Assembly (NCBI RefSeq): GCF_006345805.1
Contig: NW_021833043.1
Location: 1 to 64,000 of the forward strand
Source: Octopus sinensis
Taxonomy: Eukaryota
Length of the DNA: 64,000 nt
Direction: 5' to 3'
The position numbers and the translations under genes were made by a program. This document shows positions 40,469 to 53,063 of this stretch, piece after piece (within the stretch, counting starts at the first letter, position 1; every line of letters begins with the position of its first letter). Under the pieces are notes generated by a model, which saw only the letters and a program-made list of their open reading frames with translations, was not told the origin of the DNA and did not search any database.

Positions 40469-41057
40469 TAGAAGCAGAGAGGGAGAAAGGGAGAAAGGAG
40501 AGCATCAGTACCAAACTGGACCTCATTATAGCTGACCAGGCTGGAGCAATGATAAGTGAAATGCCTTGCTCAAGGATACAATGTGGTACCTGCCCCAGGA
40601 ATTGCCCGCACACTTATGACCATGAGCCAAACTCCCTAATCACTAAGCCATACACCTTTAAATTGCCAGGTACGATAACAAAAGAGACCTGACTGCTATT
40701 TCCAGCAAATGGAGTGACCACATATAAAGGCTCCATATGTGTGTGTGACAGGTTGGAATATCAAAAACAAAAAAAAATACATTCCAAGTGAGAGACGCTA
40801 ATTAAAAGCAAGCTCTGAGTGTAATAATAATTAGCAAAAGAAGGCAGCCATCAACGCAGAATAAATTACATACCAAAGTTTTGTCGTTAGTTTTAGTTAA
40901 GTGTATATTCATAATTAACTTTAAAGACTTGTTAATTAGAAACTAATAGAAATATTTATTGTACATCAGTTAAGATATTTTTTTACTTCTGAATTTTAAC
41001 CTATTTGATTAGTTTTACAGAGAAGAACTTATATAGAAGGTTCCAGTTAATCTAAAC

Positions 41058-42063
41058 CAGGCCTGGCCAACTCGAATTACATTGCAGGCCACTTTAATCA
41101 GAGAAAGTTTTTTGAGGGCCGCTTGTATACTTTATGAAACTAAATTACAGAATCAAGAATTTTTCATACTTTTCATTTGTTTAACCCTTTCATTACCAAC
41201 CCGGCTGAAACTGCCTCTGGCCCTGTAGTACAAATGTCTTGTTTTCATAAGTTTTGAATTAAAATCTTCCACCAAACCTTAGTCACAATTTATGTTCCTA
41301 ACACTAGCTTAAAGATAATGAACTTATTTTACTAAATTCTATGTTATACTTAAAATTAAATATAAAATTAAAGAAACACAGAGCATCTCAACAGAAATAT
41401 GGTAACAAAAGGGTTAGCGAATGATTAATTTAACCCTTCTGATATCAGCCTGGCTGAAACTGGCTCTGGCTCTGAGTGCAAATGTTTTGTTTTAATAAAT
41501 CTTGAATTGAAATCTTCCATCAAACCTTAGTCACAATTTATTTTCCTGACACTAGCTGAATGGTAACTAAGTTATTTTACTAAATTCTTTGTTATATTTA
41601 AAATTAAGTGAAAGAAACACAGAGCCTCTCAACAGAAATATGGTAACAAAAGGGTTAGTAAATAATTAATTTAACCCTTTCGATACCAACCCGGCTGAAA
41701 CTGCCTCTGGCTCTGAGTACAAATGTCTTGTTTCATAAGTGTTGAATTAAAATCTTCCACCAAACCTTAGTCACAATTTATGTTCCTAACACTAGCTGAA
41801 TGATAACTAAGTTATTTTACTAAATTTTTTGTTATATTTAAAGTAATTGAAAGAAATACAGAGCATCTCAAAATAAATACAGTAATGAAAGGGTTAAAAT
41901 TATAAAATTGTAGGTTATCGTTTTAATGTCACTTATGAATTTTAAATTTATTTTGAATCAAATGTTTAACACAAACAATTTTATTTTGAAATTAAACACA
42001 CTACTTCAAGAAAGTATCAAGTGGGCCGTATGCAACCTGCAGGTCTCAGGTTGGCCAGCCCTG
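41058..42063. mobile_element. hAT (Charlie-like) non-autonomous element with nested insertion
   Basis: TIRs CAGGCCTGGCCAAC / GTTGGCCAGCCCTG (13/14). Perfect 8-bp TSD ATCTAAAC at 41050-41057 and 42064-42071, resembling the Charlie nTCTAGAn target preference. Confidence 0.9.
41185..41893. mobile_element. piggyBac-like MITE trimer (TTAA TSD)
   Basis: TTAA|CCCTTTCATTAC ... GTAATGAAAGGG|TTAA. Three ~220-230-bp units (41185-41413, 41434-41654, 41675-41893) are separated by similar 20-bp spacers. Confidence 0.85.
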
Positions 42064-43237
42064 ATCTAAACATTTCCTTAAAAGTGTATGTGTGTGAATG
42101 TGTGTGAACATATGACATATGTACATGTGTGAATGTGGCACTATGTATGTATGTATGTACATATGTGTGCACATGTTTGTATGTATATTGTTTGTTTGTA
42201 TATGAATGAGTTGTGTATGTATCTGATAGTCTTTGTGTCTGTGTGCATATCTGTGTGTGTGTGTATATCTAACTGTGCATGAGTGTTAGATATGGATGTG
42301 TGTCAAATTGTGTACATGTATGAGTGCCTGTGTGTGTGTGTGTGTTCATGAAGCTGTGAAAGTGGCTAATATAACTAGAAAGTCCTTAAGGCTAGACATG
42401 GTCGAAAGCTTTACAGCTGTCAAGTAATACAACATTGCTTTGAACCAAACATTATCAAAGAGAAAGAGAGAGAGAATGAGGATTGAAGGAGGTGTTTGTA
42501 TGCAATTGTTTCCAATACCATTTGAAGTTGTTGCAGCTTAGTTTCAGAACACCTGCTCCAGAAGACCTTGTGATCAGACATTCCAGAAGTGACCATCCAT
42601 TGTTTTTCTTACATGTAGGGAAAGCTAAGACTACATTATTCAACATGTTTCTTTTTTTTTTTTTTAACCTAAGTTGGTGAAGCATGATTCGAGGGAGATC
42701 TGGCTGCTATTCCTAGCAACATAGAGGCTCTCTCTCTCTCATCAGCTTGAGATATTGGAAGTGAAACTGAGAGCGAAACAAGATGGAAGAATCAGAGAGG
42801 TTAGACTTAGTGAGCAAAAGGGACATACTTCAACCACAGGTCTCCCTAGAATGGAATACAGATACCAGGAGGAGGAGAAGAAAGAGGAACTAAAGTGTTT
42901 GGTAAAGATGGGAGTTAATGAAGGTCTGGTCAGAATAATAACGTGAAAGTTTGATGAGGATATATACATATGCATATATGGGAATCATATATATATATTT
43001 ATATAGACACACACATAAACACAGAGTTAACACTCATGTATAATCATATACAAGATCTACACTTCATACATACATACATACAGAGAGAGGGGGAGAAAGA
43101 GAGAAGGGTGAGCAGACAAAAAGACAGACAGACAGAAATAATACAAATGTATTTAACCATATACATTGAACTACAGACACAAATATATATATATTATATA
43201 TATATATATAAACATACATGCATATAATATATTATAC

Positions 43238-43270
<33 letters not shown>

Positions 43271-43922
43271 CACACACACACATATATATAATATATACAC
43301 ACATATACACACACACACGCATGTGTGCATGCACACACACACACAACACACACAAAAGAATACTACATGAGCTCCTACTTCGCTAAAGATAGTAGTCAAA
43401 ATACTTCTGTGCCATGGAAGAAACACAAAATTAAAGCAGGCTGGCTTATGTTCACTACCACCAGTGATGGTATTTTAAAAAATAACATCGCTCTCATATT
43501 TACTTATATACACATATATATACACATATATATACACATGCCTACAGAGTATAAATAGCTAGTCATATATATATACATAACCATATACACAGATATCTAT
43601 GCGTCATCGTATACATGTATCTGTACACTAATAGACACATATATACCTACCTACCTTAAATACACAGAGGACGACAACGTCACGATGTATTTGCCAGTCA
43701 TAGTTGAAGAAGGGACAATGATTGCAATAAAATGGTTTCGTGAAGCAAACAAACAAACAAACAATGAAAATAAAAAAATAAAATCATCTGAAAATGGAAA
43801 ACAAATGAAACAATACCAGAATGTAAAAAAAAATTAAAAAATTAAAAAAACAGGATGAAACAACAAAACAAAATAAACAAATGAAAGAAAAAGCAAAATA
43901 ATGAAAGCAATAAACATATAGT

Positions 43923-43965
<43 letters not shown>

Positions 43966-43969
43966 GATA

Positions 43970-44715
43970 ATGGTTTCAAATTTTGACACAATGCCAGCAA
44001 TGTTACCATCAGTTTCACATGGACTATTACACTTCACAATATTCTTTTCTGTTCTAGGCACAAGGCCCGAAATCTTTGGGGAGGGGGGCCAGTCGATTAG
44101 ATCAACCCTAGTACTGAACTAGGACTTAATTTACCAAGCCCAAAAGGATGAAAGGCAAAGTCAACCTCGGCAGAATTTGAACTCAGAATGTACGAATGAT
44201 TCTGTCAGCTTGCTACCTTAATAATTATAATCCTTTCTACTTTAGGCACAAGGAGTGAAATTGGTGGGGGAGGGCTACTCAATTACATCAACTCCATTAA
44301 TCAATGGGTACTTGTTTTATTGACCCCGAAAGAATGAATAAAGGTAAAGTCGACTTTGGCAGAATTTGAACTCAGAACCTAAAGATAGACAAAATAGTGC
44401 TAAACATTTTGCCAAGCATGCTAACAACTCTGCCAGCTCGCTACCTTAATAATAATGATGGCGATGGTGGTGGTGGTGGTGATGATGGTGGTGGTGGTGG
44501 CGGTGATGGTGATGATGAGGGTTTCAAATTTTGGCAAAAGACCAGCAATTTCGGGAGAGTGGGGTTAAGCTGATTACATCAACCCCAGAGCTCAACCCTG
44601 AAAGGATAAAAGGCAAAGTCGACCTCAGCGGAACTTGAACTCAGAACGTAAGGATGGATGAAATGCCGCTAAGCAGTTCAACCGGTGTGCCAACGATTTT
44701 ACCAGCTCGCTGCCT

Positions 44716-44768
<53 letters not shown>

Positions 44769-44774
44769 ATAGTA

Positions 44775-44830
<56 letters not shown>

Positions 44831-45058
44831 CCTTTCTACTAAAGGCATGAGGCCTGAAATTTCAGGGGAGGGAGTAAGTCGATTACATCAACCCCAGTGT
44901 ATAACTGGTGCTTAATTTATCGACCCCACCAAGGACAAAAGGCAAAGTTGACTTCGGCAGAATCTGAACAAAGAATGTGAACACAGATGAAATGCCACAA
45001 AGCATTTCAACCGGCATGCTAACAATTTTGCCAGCTCACCACCTTAATAATGATGATG

Positions 45059-45102
<44 letters not shown>

Positions 45103-45320
45103 CTTTTCTATTATAAGCAAAAGGCCTGAAATTTTGGGGGAGAGGGAGGGTCAATTACATTAACTCCAGTGTTTCATTGGTACTTAATTTATTGACCCTG
45201 AAAGGATGACAGGCAAAGTTGACCTTGGTGGAATTTGAACTCAGAATGTAGCAACAAGTGAAATAGCACTAAGTATTTCATCCAGTGTGCTAACGATTCT
45301 GCCAACTCACCTCCTTAATA
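43970..45320 (-). mobile_element. SINE family A cluster (about 6 copies)
   Basis: Same consensus, separated by (AAT)n, (GGT)n and (AGT)n. Confidence 0.85.
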
Positions 45321-45325
45321 ATAAC

Positions 45326-45367
<42 letters not shown>

Positions 45368-45679
45368 TAGATAAATTCAAGATTTAAGCATACAACTTAG
45401 TTAGTTATAATATGAAATAATAGATACAAGAGGGTGGGGGTGGAGTTCAATAGAAAAAAAGCTTAATTAAATAACTACTTAATCAATAAACAATTCAGTT
45501 GCTTATTATCTCTGAATAGTTTTGGTTTACCAACGTTTATGATTTTGAGTTTTTTCAGTTAATTAACAACAGACGTTATCAACATACCTTGGGATTACAA
45601 TGAACTTCTTTTTTTTACTTTTATTAAAAGCAAAATATCTCATTTAATTGCATTCCACAACATATTATACGTTTATACA

Positions 45680-46581
45680 GCTATGTATACAAATATATAT
45701 ATAAATAATATATACATATATATAACACATACATGCATATTACATTATATATTATACATATATACTTACATATACTTTATATATATATATATATATATAT
45801 GTATATTATAACATATATTATATATATATATACACACATACACACATATATATATATATATATATGCATACATATACATTATATATGTAAATAGATATAT
45901 ACATATGCATACAATATACATATATAACATATGCATACATATACATATATATATGTATATATATATACATATGTATATACATATATATATGTGATATATA
46001 TAGACATATGTATATACATATGTATATATGTAGATATATATACATATGTATAACATATTATATATGTATATCTATATACATATGTTATACATATATATAT
46101 GTTATATTATATACATATGTCATAATTACATATATATATATGTATATATATATATACATATGTATAGTACATATATATATATGTATGTAGATACATATAT
46201 ATATATGTATATATATATCATATATATATATATGTATATATATATATACATATGTATATACTAGTAGTACGAGATAGAGGGTATCCTAGATATAAATAAT
46301 AATATATATAGGGTATATAGATATGACCGTTGGATATACATATAGATCTATGTATATATATACATAGTATATACATATATATAATAATATATATATGTAT
46401 ATATATATATATACATATGTATATACATTACATAATATATATATATATATATATATAATGTATATAGTATACATATGTATATACATATACATATGTATAT
46501 ATATGTATATATATAACATATGTATATACATATCATATATATATATATATGTATATATATATACATATTCTATACATATAC

Positions 46582-46613
<32 letters not shown>

Positions 46614-46810
46614 CGATATATTATATATATGTATATATATATACATATGTATATACATATACATATATAATATAATATATATAATGTATATATAATATAC
46701 ATATGTATATACATATCATATATAATATATATATATATTACATATATATATACACACACACACACATATATATATATAATATATATATATATTATAATTA
46801 TATACATACG
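45680..46810. repeat. ~1.1-kb imperfect (TA)n field
   Basis: Direct inspection. Confidence 0.95.
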
Positions 46811-47359
46811 TACAATGCAGCAATGGAATGCAAATAACATAGGATTCTTGTATGTGGAGACAAACTTCATCTCTGGAATGCAATTAATATGCAATTCCTT
46901 GCGTGCATGTGTGTGTGTATGTGTGATCAGCACCATTTTGACAGCTGGTTTTCAAAGCTTGTGTTGACAGGATGTGTCCTTTTCCAGCACAGTATTTGGC
47001 CTCCTGTAGAGTTTCCTTGTTTTCTTTTTAGAAATTTCGGCCTCAGAGAAAGGATCTCTTTGTTGCCAGCACAAGAACAAGACCCTTCAATTTTTTCCTA
47101 CCCATATCTTTCTTTCTCCAGCTGTCAAAGGGCATGCTCAGCCACTGCTAATTTGGTAATCTAGCTATCAACAGAAGCTATCAGCTACTTCTATGGAGTC
47201 TTCTAAGTAGCAGAAAAAATGTATTTCACCGGTACAGCCATGGTTGTGTGGCTGTGACATTTGCTTCCCAAACACATGGGCACAAGGTCTTGGATTCAAC
47301 CTCACTGCTTGGCACCTTGGGAAAGTGTATTCTACTATAGGCCAGGGCTGACTCAGATT

Positions 47360-47755
47360 GTAAAGACAGGGGAAATACTGCTAAGCATTTTATCCAGCAT
47401 GCTAACAATTTTGCCAGCTTGCCACCTTTAATAATAATAATAATAATAATGATGATAATAATAATGGTTTCAAATTTTGCCACAAGGGCAGCAATCTTGT
47501 GGGAGGAGATAAGTCGATTACATCAACCCCAGTGTTCAACTGGTACTTATTTTATCGACCCTGAAAGGATGAAAGGCAAAGTCAGTCTCAGCGGAATTTG
47601 AACTCAGAACATAGTGGCAGACGAAATACTGCTAAGCATTTCGTCCAGCATTCTAATGATTCTGCCAGCTTGCCACCTTAAACGTAAAGACAGACAAAAT
47701 TCCCATGAAGCATTTTGCCTGGTGTGCTAACAATTCTGACAGCTTGCCACTTTTG
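47360..47755 (-). mobile_element. SINE family A copies, one with an internal duplication of the head
   Basis: The gctaagcattt...attctgccagcttgccacc segment occurs three times. Confidence 0.8.
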
Positions 47756-47767
47756 ATAATAATAATA

Positions 47768-47827
<60 letters not shown>

Positions 47828-47959
47828 ATTTATGACAACACCAAGATCAACATGCCATTTTTGTTTGAGAGCATGAGACTCAGGAAGGTATATCTATGAA
47901 GTGGGCAACAAGATGAGTCAAAGATATATCAATTTGATATCTCATGCTAGAATGCTGAA

Positions 47960-48660
47960 TTAGCCCAGTACAAGATGTCCAACCAGTCAGTTTACCCAGG
48001 ACAAAATATCAGATAAGTTAACCCGGTACAAGGTGTGAAATAAATTAACCCAGTAAAAAGATGTCAACTAAAATTAATTCGGTACAAGACATCAAGTCAG
48101 TTATCCCAATATGTCGATTCAGTCAGGTTAACACAGTATAAGATGTCACATCAATTGACCCAGTACAAGATGTCAGATTTGTTAACTGAGAACAAGTAAA
48201 AACAGTCAGTTCAGGTAAATATAAGATGCTAATTAACCTTGTAACGAATGTCAAGATAATTAGTGAACCCATAGCAAGAAAACAAAGTCATCACACAAAA
48301 TACCCAATTCAAAATTTACCCAAGTACAAAATGAAAGGCGAGCTGTAACCCAGAATAACATGCTAAAGAAGTTAGCTAATCTGTTGTAACATGCCACAGC
48401 AGTTAGTAAACTCAATAGAAAATATCAAGATGGTTAGCTACCCTAAAGCAAAACACTTCGGTAATTAACCAATCCAGCATAAAACATCACAGTGGTTAGT
48501 TAACTGAATACAAAATGCTAGAGAAGTTAATTAACCAAGTACATAAAATACCACATTGAGGAGGGTAATCCAGTACAAAATACCAAAGTGGTTAGTTAAG
48601 CCAGTACTAAACACACAGGGGTTAGTTAACATAGTGCAAAATACAAAACCAGTAAGCTGG
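47960..48660. repeat. Degenerate ~26-33-bp tandem array with core TTAACCCAGTACAAGATGTC
   Basis: About 20 diverged copies. The core drifts to gttagttaaccagtacaaaatac toward the right end. Confidence 0.75.
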
Positions 48661-48799
48661 TTAGATACATAAAATGCTGAAGAAGGAAAAGGGATAAAAG
48701 GGATAAAAGAAGAACCCAGGTGAGCCTGGAATGGAAATTGGAAAAGTCGAGGCTTAAACTGAATGTGGAAGGGTTGAAGCGTTTCGGTTTTTGTACGTG

Positions 48800-49460
48800 A
48801 TAGGGAGTTTGATGATGGTTGGAGAGGAGGGAGAGAAAGAGAGGGAGAGACAGAGACAGACGGGAGAGAGAGAAAGAGTGAGAGAGGGGGAGAGAGAGAG
48901 AAAGACAGACAGACAGGGGGTTAAGAGAGAGAGTGAGGGAGCAAGAGAAAGAGTTGGGGTAAGTGAGTGGAATCAGGATAGATAAAGTGAGAGCAAAAGA
49001 GCAAGAATGATGGAATGAAGGAGAGAAAGAGAGAGGGAGAGAGAGAGAGAGATGGTGGAAAAGAAAGTGTAGAGAAGATGAAGAGAGAAAGAGAAAGTGA
49101 GAAAAGGGAGAGAGTAGAAGAGGGAGTGAAAGAAACAAGAGAAAGAGTGAATTAATTAACCAAAAACATAAAGGAGAATTAGGATGGGGGTGGGTGAGTG
49201 GGTGCAAGGAGGAAGGAAATATGGGATGAGGGAGAGGAAGAGGAGAGAGCAAGGGAGAGAGAGTAAAGAGAAGATGGAGAAATGAATAGAGAGGGGAGGA
49301 GAAGAGAGTGAAAAGAAATCAAGAGAGAGTTGGGATAAGCAAGGAGAATTAGGATAGGGGATGAGGAAAGATGGGAAGATGGAAATGAAGAGAGGATGAA
49401 GAAGAAAGTATAGAGAGAGAAAGAGAGAGGGGAAAGAGAGAAAGAGAATGTGAGAGAGAG
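48800..49460. repeat. (GA)-rich polypurine tract
   Basis: Plus strand is almost entirely A/G. Confidence 0.85.
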
Positions 49461-49755
49461 AATAGAGTATTACAGTTATTGCCTGGTTACAAACTGATTA
49501 GCTTTGGTAATGATTTCCAAGATAAGAGCAGAACTAGAAGTTAGCACTGATACATGTGTGTGTATATGTATGTTAACATATGTTTATAGGTACGTGTGTA
49601 CATATTTAGATGTGTGTGTGTGTATGTGCGTGTGCGTGTGTATGTGTGTGTGTCAGGGGTGGTTCACCATGGTTACAGAGAGTGTGATGTACATTGCACA
49701 GCAGATTAAATCTGAACCATTTGTTTCCTCATACACAGGCCTCTTGTGCAAATAA

Positions 49756-50059
49756 TGTTTGTTCCTTCTCGAGCTACGCCTGGTTCATAAGGGCTGGTTT
49801 CCCCGGTTTCCTTGGTGTATAGGTTCCCCACCCAGACAGGACGCCGGTCTGTCGCAGGTGAGCTACAAGATGCAGGAGGAAAGAGTGAGAGAAAGTTGTG
49901 GCGAAAGAGTCAGCAGAAGTTCACCATTACCTTCTGCCGGACTCGCGTGGAGCTTAAGTGTTTCACTCATAGATGCACACATCGCCTGGTCTGAGATTCG
50001 AACCCACGATCCCTCGACCATGAGTCCGCTCCTCTAACCACTAGGCCATGTGCCTCCAC
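49756..50059 (-). mobile_element. Full-length tRNA-derived SINE (family B1) with 11-bp TSD
   Basis: Minus strand: GTGGAGGCACATGGCCTAGTGGTTAG (A-box) ... GGGTTCGAATCTC (B-box). TSD TGTGCAAATAA at 49745-49755 and 50060-50070. Confidence 0.92.
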
Positions 50060-50925
50060 TGTGCAAATAACAGTGTTTCTTTATTGAGAAAGATTAGCTC
50101 AGGCACGACCCTGCGGTTAAGACGTTTCTGACACAATTCTGTGATTCCAGGGTCAACACCACTTTGCACCAACATAGGCAAGCATGTCCTCTGCCACAGC
50201 TTCATGTTGACTCATCTCTATCACTGTGCAATGTCCTTGAAGTTAGTCATCCAATCATCCAGTTTAGCAACACCAGATGGTTGGTTGTTACATTTAGAAG
50301 TGTCAACCTCATCTGTCCAGCATCCAGAGAAGCCCAGTCACTGAGTTGTGGCTTCATTTCTTCTCAAACCATCACCACCAGCATTGAAGACAAAGCACTG
50401 AGCCTCTGTATGGTCATATGATCTTCTAGAAACAATAGTCAAATCTCCCTCAGATCGTTCAGTACTATCTTTAAAAGGGTCAGAGGCATTGGATATGTAG
50501 TACCCAGCTTCTCTGCGCATGAGTAAAAGATAGTGTGGTCATAGATGGAATAGTTTTGATCACAGATCTGCTTGGCCAGGGTTGACCTAGGGCTAAACAG
50601 CAATAATAACAACAAGACCCTTCCAAGCATGTGTAAGTATTGTATGTATGCATGTGTCTATAAATATATATGTATGCATGTGTGTGTGGGGGGGGGGGGG
50701 GTAATTAAAGAGTGAAGTACTGAATGCTTCATGCAATAACTTTACAATTTTATGAATTTCCAGCTGAGTTAGACACACAAAAAAAATTAAACCTAGTAGC
50801 AATTGTTAGCAACACTCAAAGAAAAGGGGAGATAAATATCAAGATAATGAAGAATATATTTGTCAAGTTAATTTACATGCTTAGGGAAATGACAGTCTGA
50901 TCCTTGCGTGCAGATCAAGGGATAA

Positions 50926-50967
50926 CTATGGACATATGTTTCAGGCTATTTGACCTCATCAGCATAG
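50926..50967 (-). ncRNA. Minimal type-I hammerhead ribozyme motif
   Basis: Minus strand reads CTATG-CTGATGA-GGTC-AAATA-GCCT-GAAA-C-ATAT-G-TC-CATAG. Stem I is CTATG/CATAG, the cores CUGAUGA and GAAA are intact, and stem II is 4 bp with one G-U and one mismatch. Stem III is 2 bp with a palindromic AUAU loop. The cleavage triplet is GUC. Confidence 0.8.
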
Positions 50968-51606
50968 GACAGTCTGAGAATGCGGGTTAGTAAAAAAAAT
51001 TCTATATATATATATATTAAAAAAAATTACATATATTTCTGGCAAAGAGGAAATTGCACAATAAAAATAAAATGGAAAAAACTAAGGAAAATAACTGAGA
51101 GGAACCCAATGGCATAAAATAGGATGGTTAAGTTAAGGAATGTTGCACAGAATGGCATATACAAATTCCTGATTTTTCTGGTGTGTACATGTGTATGTAT
51201 GTATATATATTATATATATATATATATATAGACACACACGTGTTCCTTTGTTTATGCATAAAGAACATGAGGTAAGACTAAATGGTAAGACGAAATGCAA
51301 AAATATATTAGTAGAAGACCCCCGTTATATAGCCTCGATATGTGTATATAAAGGTAGGTTTATGCTTACCGACTGTAAATGAAAAGAAAAAAAAGTACAA
51401 TCAATGAATATGAATATATAATTGCAAAATTGTGTATATGTATATACGAGACATAAATATAGAAAAATAGAGACATGCTGCGTACATACATAACAATACA
51501 GACATAGATACATCGGGTTGGATACAACGATATATGGCTAAATAAATAAATAAATAAATAAATAGATAAATAAAGGGATTTGCTGGAGGTAAAAATGAAT
51601 GGATTC

Positions 51607-51637
<31 letters not shown>

Positions 51638-51904
51638 TGTGTTTCACAATCATAAGATCTCTGGTTCTCAATTTCCTTACAAGGTACCTTGGGGCCCAAT
51701 TGTCTTGTGCTAGTTCTTCAGAAGGGCCAGCCTTGTTACACACTTTGACATGCTGATGCAGCCTGAGGAATATGTTAAGGGTACACCTGTATGGGAAACA
51801 TTCATTCACTACTTGCGCTATAATCCAGGAAGATAATCGGTCAGACAACTAGAATGCTCATTGCTAAAACTGACAAAGATTCATCTACCTATATGTATGT
51901 GTGT

Positions 51905-51936
<32 letters not shown>

Positions 51937-51949
51937 CATACATATATAT

Positions 51950-51990
<41 letters not shown>

Positions 51991-52019
51991 CATACATATA
52001 TATACACAACATATATATC

Positions 52020-52054
<35 letters not shown>

Positions 52055-52235
52055 TTATATATATATATATAAAACATAAATATATATACACATACTATAT
52101 ATATATACATACATATATATATATATACATACATATTTACTACATACATATATATATATACATACATATTTACATACATATATATATATATACATACATA
52201 TTTACATACATACATATATATATATATATATTAAT

Positions 52236-52415
52236 AATGATAAAATGACAACAAAAGAATGAATGAGACCATGATATTATGTAAATAGAGGAATTTCAAG
52301 GCATTTTCATTGACTATCGTCTAAATAGCCGATGAAAATTCCTACAAGCTCTTAGCTCCAGTATTTGAAACTCTGAGTTTTATTATGACAACTTACTGAT
52401 TGTCCTATTCTATAC
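52236..52415 (+). mobile_element. Short (TA)n-flanked HHR-bearing element related to 26080-26352
   Basis: Head aacaaaagaatgaatgagaccatgatattatgtaaatagagga, then an HHR-like motif, then tail ttattatgacaacttactgattgtcctattctatac (compare ttatcttgactaccgagtaatgtaacatattgtatag at 26 kb). (TA)n on both sides. Confidence 0.55.
52324..52384 (+). ncRNA. Hammerhead-like motif, core variant (CCGAUGA; GUU triplet)
   Basis: AATAG-CCGATGA-AAAT...ATTT-GAAA-CTC-T-GAG-TT-TTATT. Stems I, II and III fall in exact hammerhead register. It has a U4-to-C change and a quasi-palindromic stem III (AACTCTGAGTT). Confidence 0.55.
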
Positions 52416-52446
<31 letters not shown>

Positions 52447-52703
52447 CCATGCTAGCATGGAAAGTGGACGCTAAATGATGATGATGATATACTATACTAT
52501 ACTGAAATATTCGGTGTATGAACTTTGGATTTATGAACTGGACAAGCAGCAAAATATAAATTTGAGGAACAAAAATATTGCAATAACTACCACTGGTCAA
52601 TTTGTTAGCCAAATTTGACTACTACAGAGTGCTTAAAAAGTATTTGCCTAGATTTGTAATCCTTTTTTCTTTTATGAGGACGACATAACCGAATGAAGTG
52701 AAA

Positions 52704-52753
52704 CAATGGGAATGAGTGCTCGACAACGCAGTGTCGCGCACTCATTCCCATTG
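52704..52753. other. Compact near-perfect hairpin
   Basis: caatgggaatgagtgc-t-cgaca-ACGCAG-tgtcg-c-gcactcattcccattg: 16 perfect bp, one mismatch, 5 bp, 6-nt loop. Confidence 0.85.
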
Positions 52754-52760
52754 CTTTTTA

Positions 52761-52831
<71 letters not shown>

Positions 52832-53063
52832 AATACAAAAAAGAAAAGTCAATGTAGCACGAATAATGTTTAGAAATGAGATGAAAAAAAAATACTCAAT
52901 GCAGAAACACAGTGCAAATATTTATGATAGAGCTTAGATTACTCTCTGTTGATATTACTCAGTTTGACATACATGGCTGATTACACAACTGCAATCAGTG
53001 TCATACAAGCAACCTAAATAAAATGACAAAGAGTAACTTCAACATATATATATATATACATAT

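Noticed and set aside
43655-43701. Candidate ATG-initiated minus exon (MTGKYIVTLSSSVYL) with a GTaggt donor
   Set aside because: Its phase 2 end is incompatible with the phase-1 start of the 31303 exon, and it has no homology support.
49455-49550. Minus-strand peptide TSSSALILEIITKANQFV resembling endophilin exon 3 (TSRAVMEIMTK)
   Set aside because: Lacks the conserved EYLQPNP, runs into a stop and has no convincing donor in the required phase.
49990-50059. tRNA genes at SINE heads (also 53064, 39007, 14417, 29551)
   Set aside because: A/B boxes are present but I see no complete cloverleaf or acceptor stem, and each continues into a SINE body.
50439-50520. Minus-strand peptide ...LNDLREI resembling endophilin DKDLREIQ
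   Set aside because: Followed directly by TGA, with no donor and no upstream similarity.
52830-53045. Possible decayed HHR-bearing element between (TA)n tracts (ctgatt...aatcag hairpin)
   Set aside because: Neither catalytic core is recognisable; too degenerate to support.
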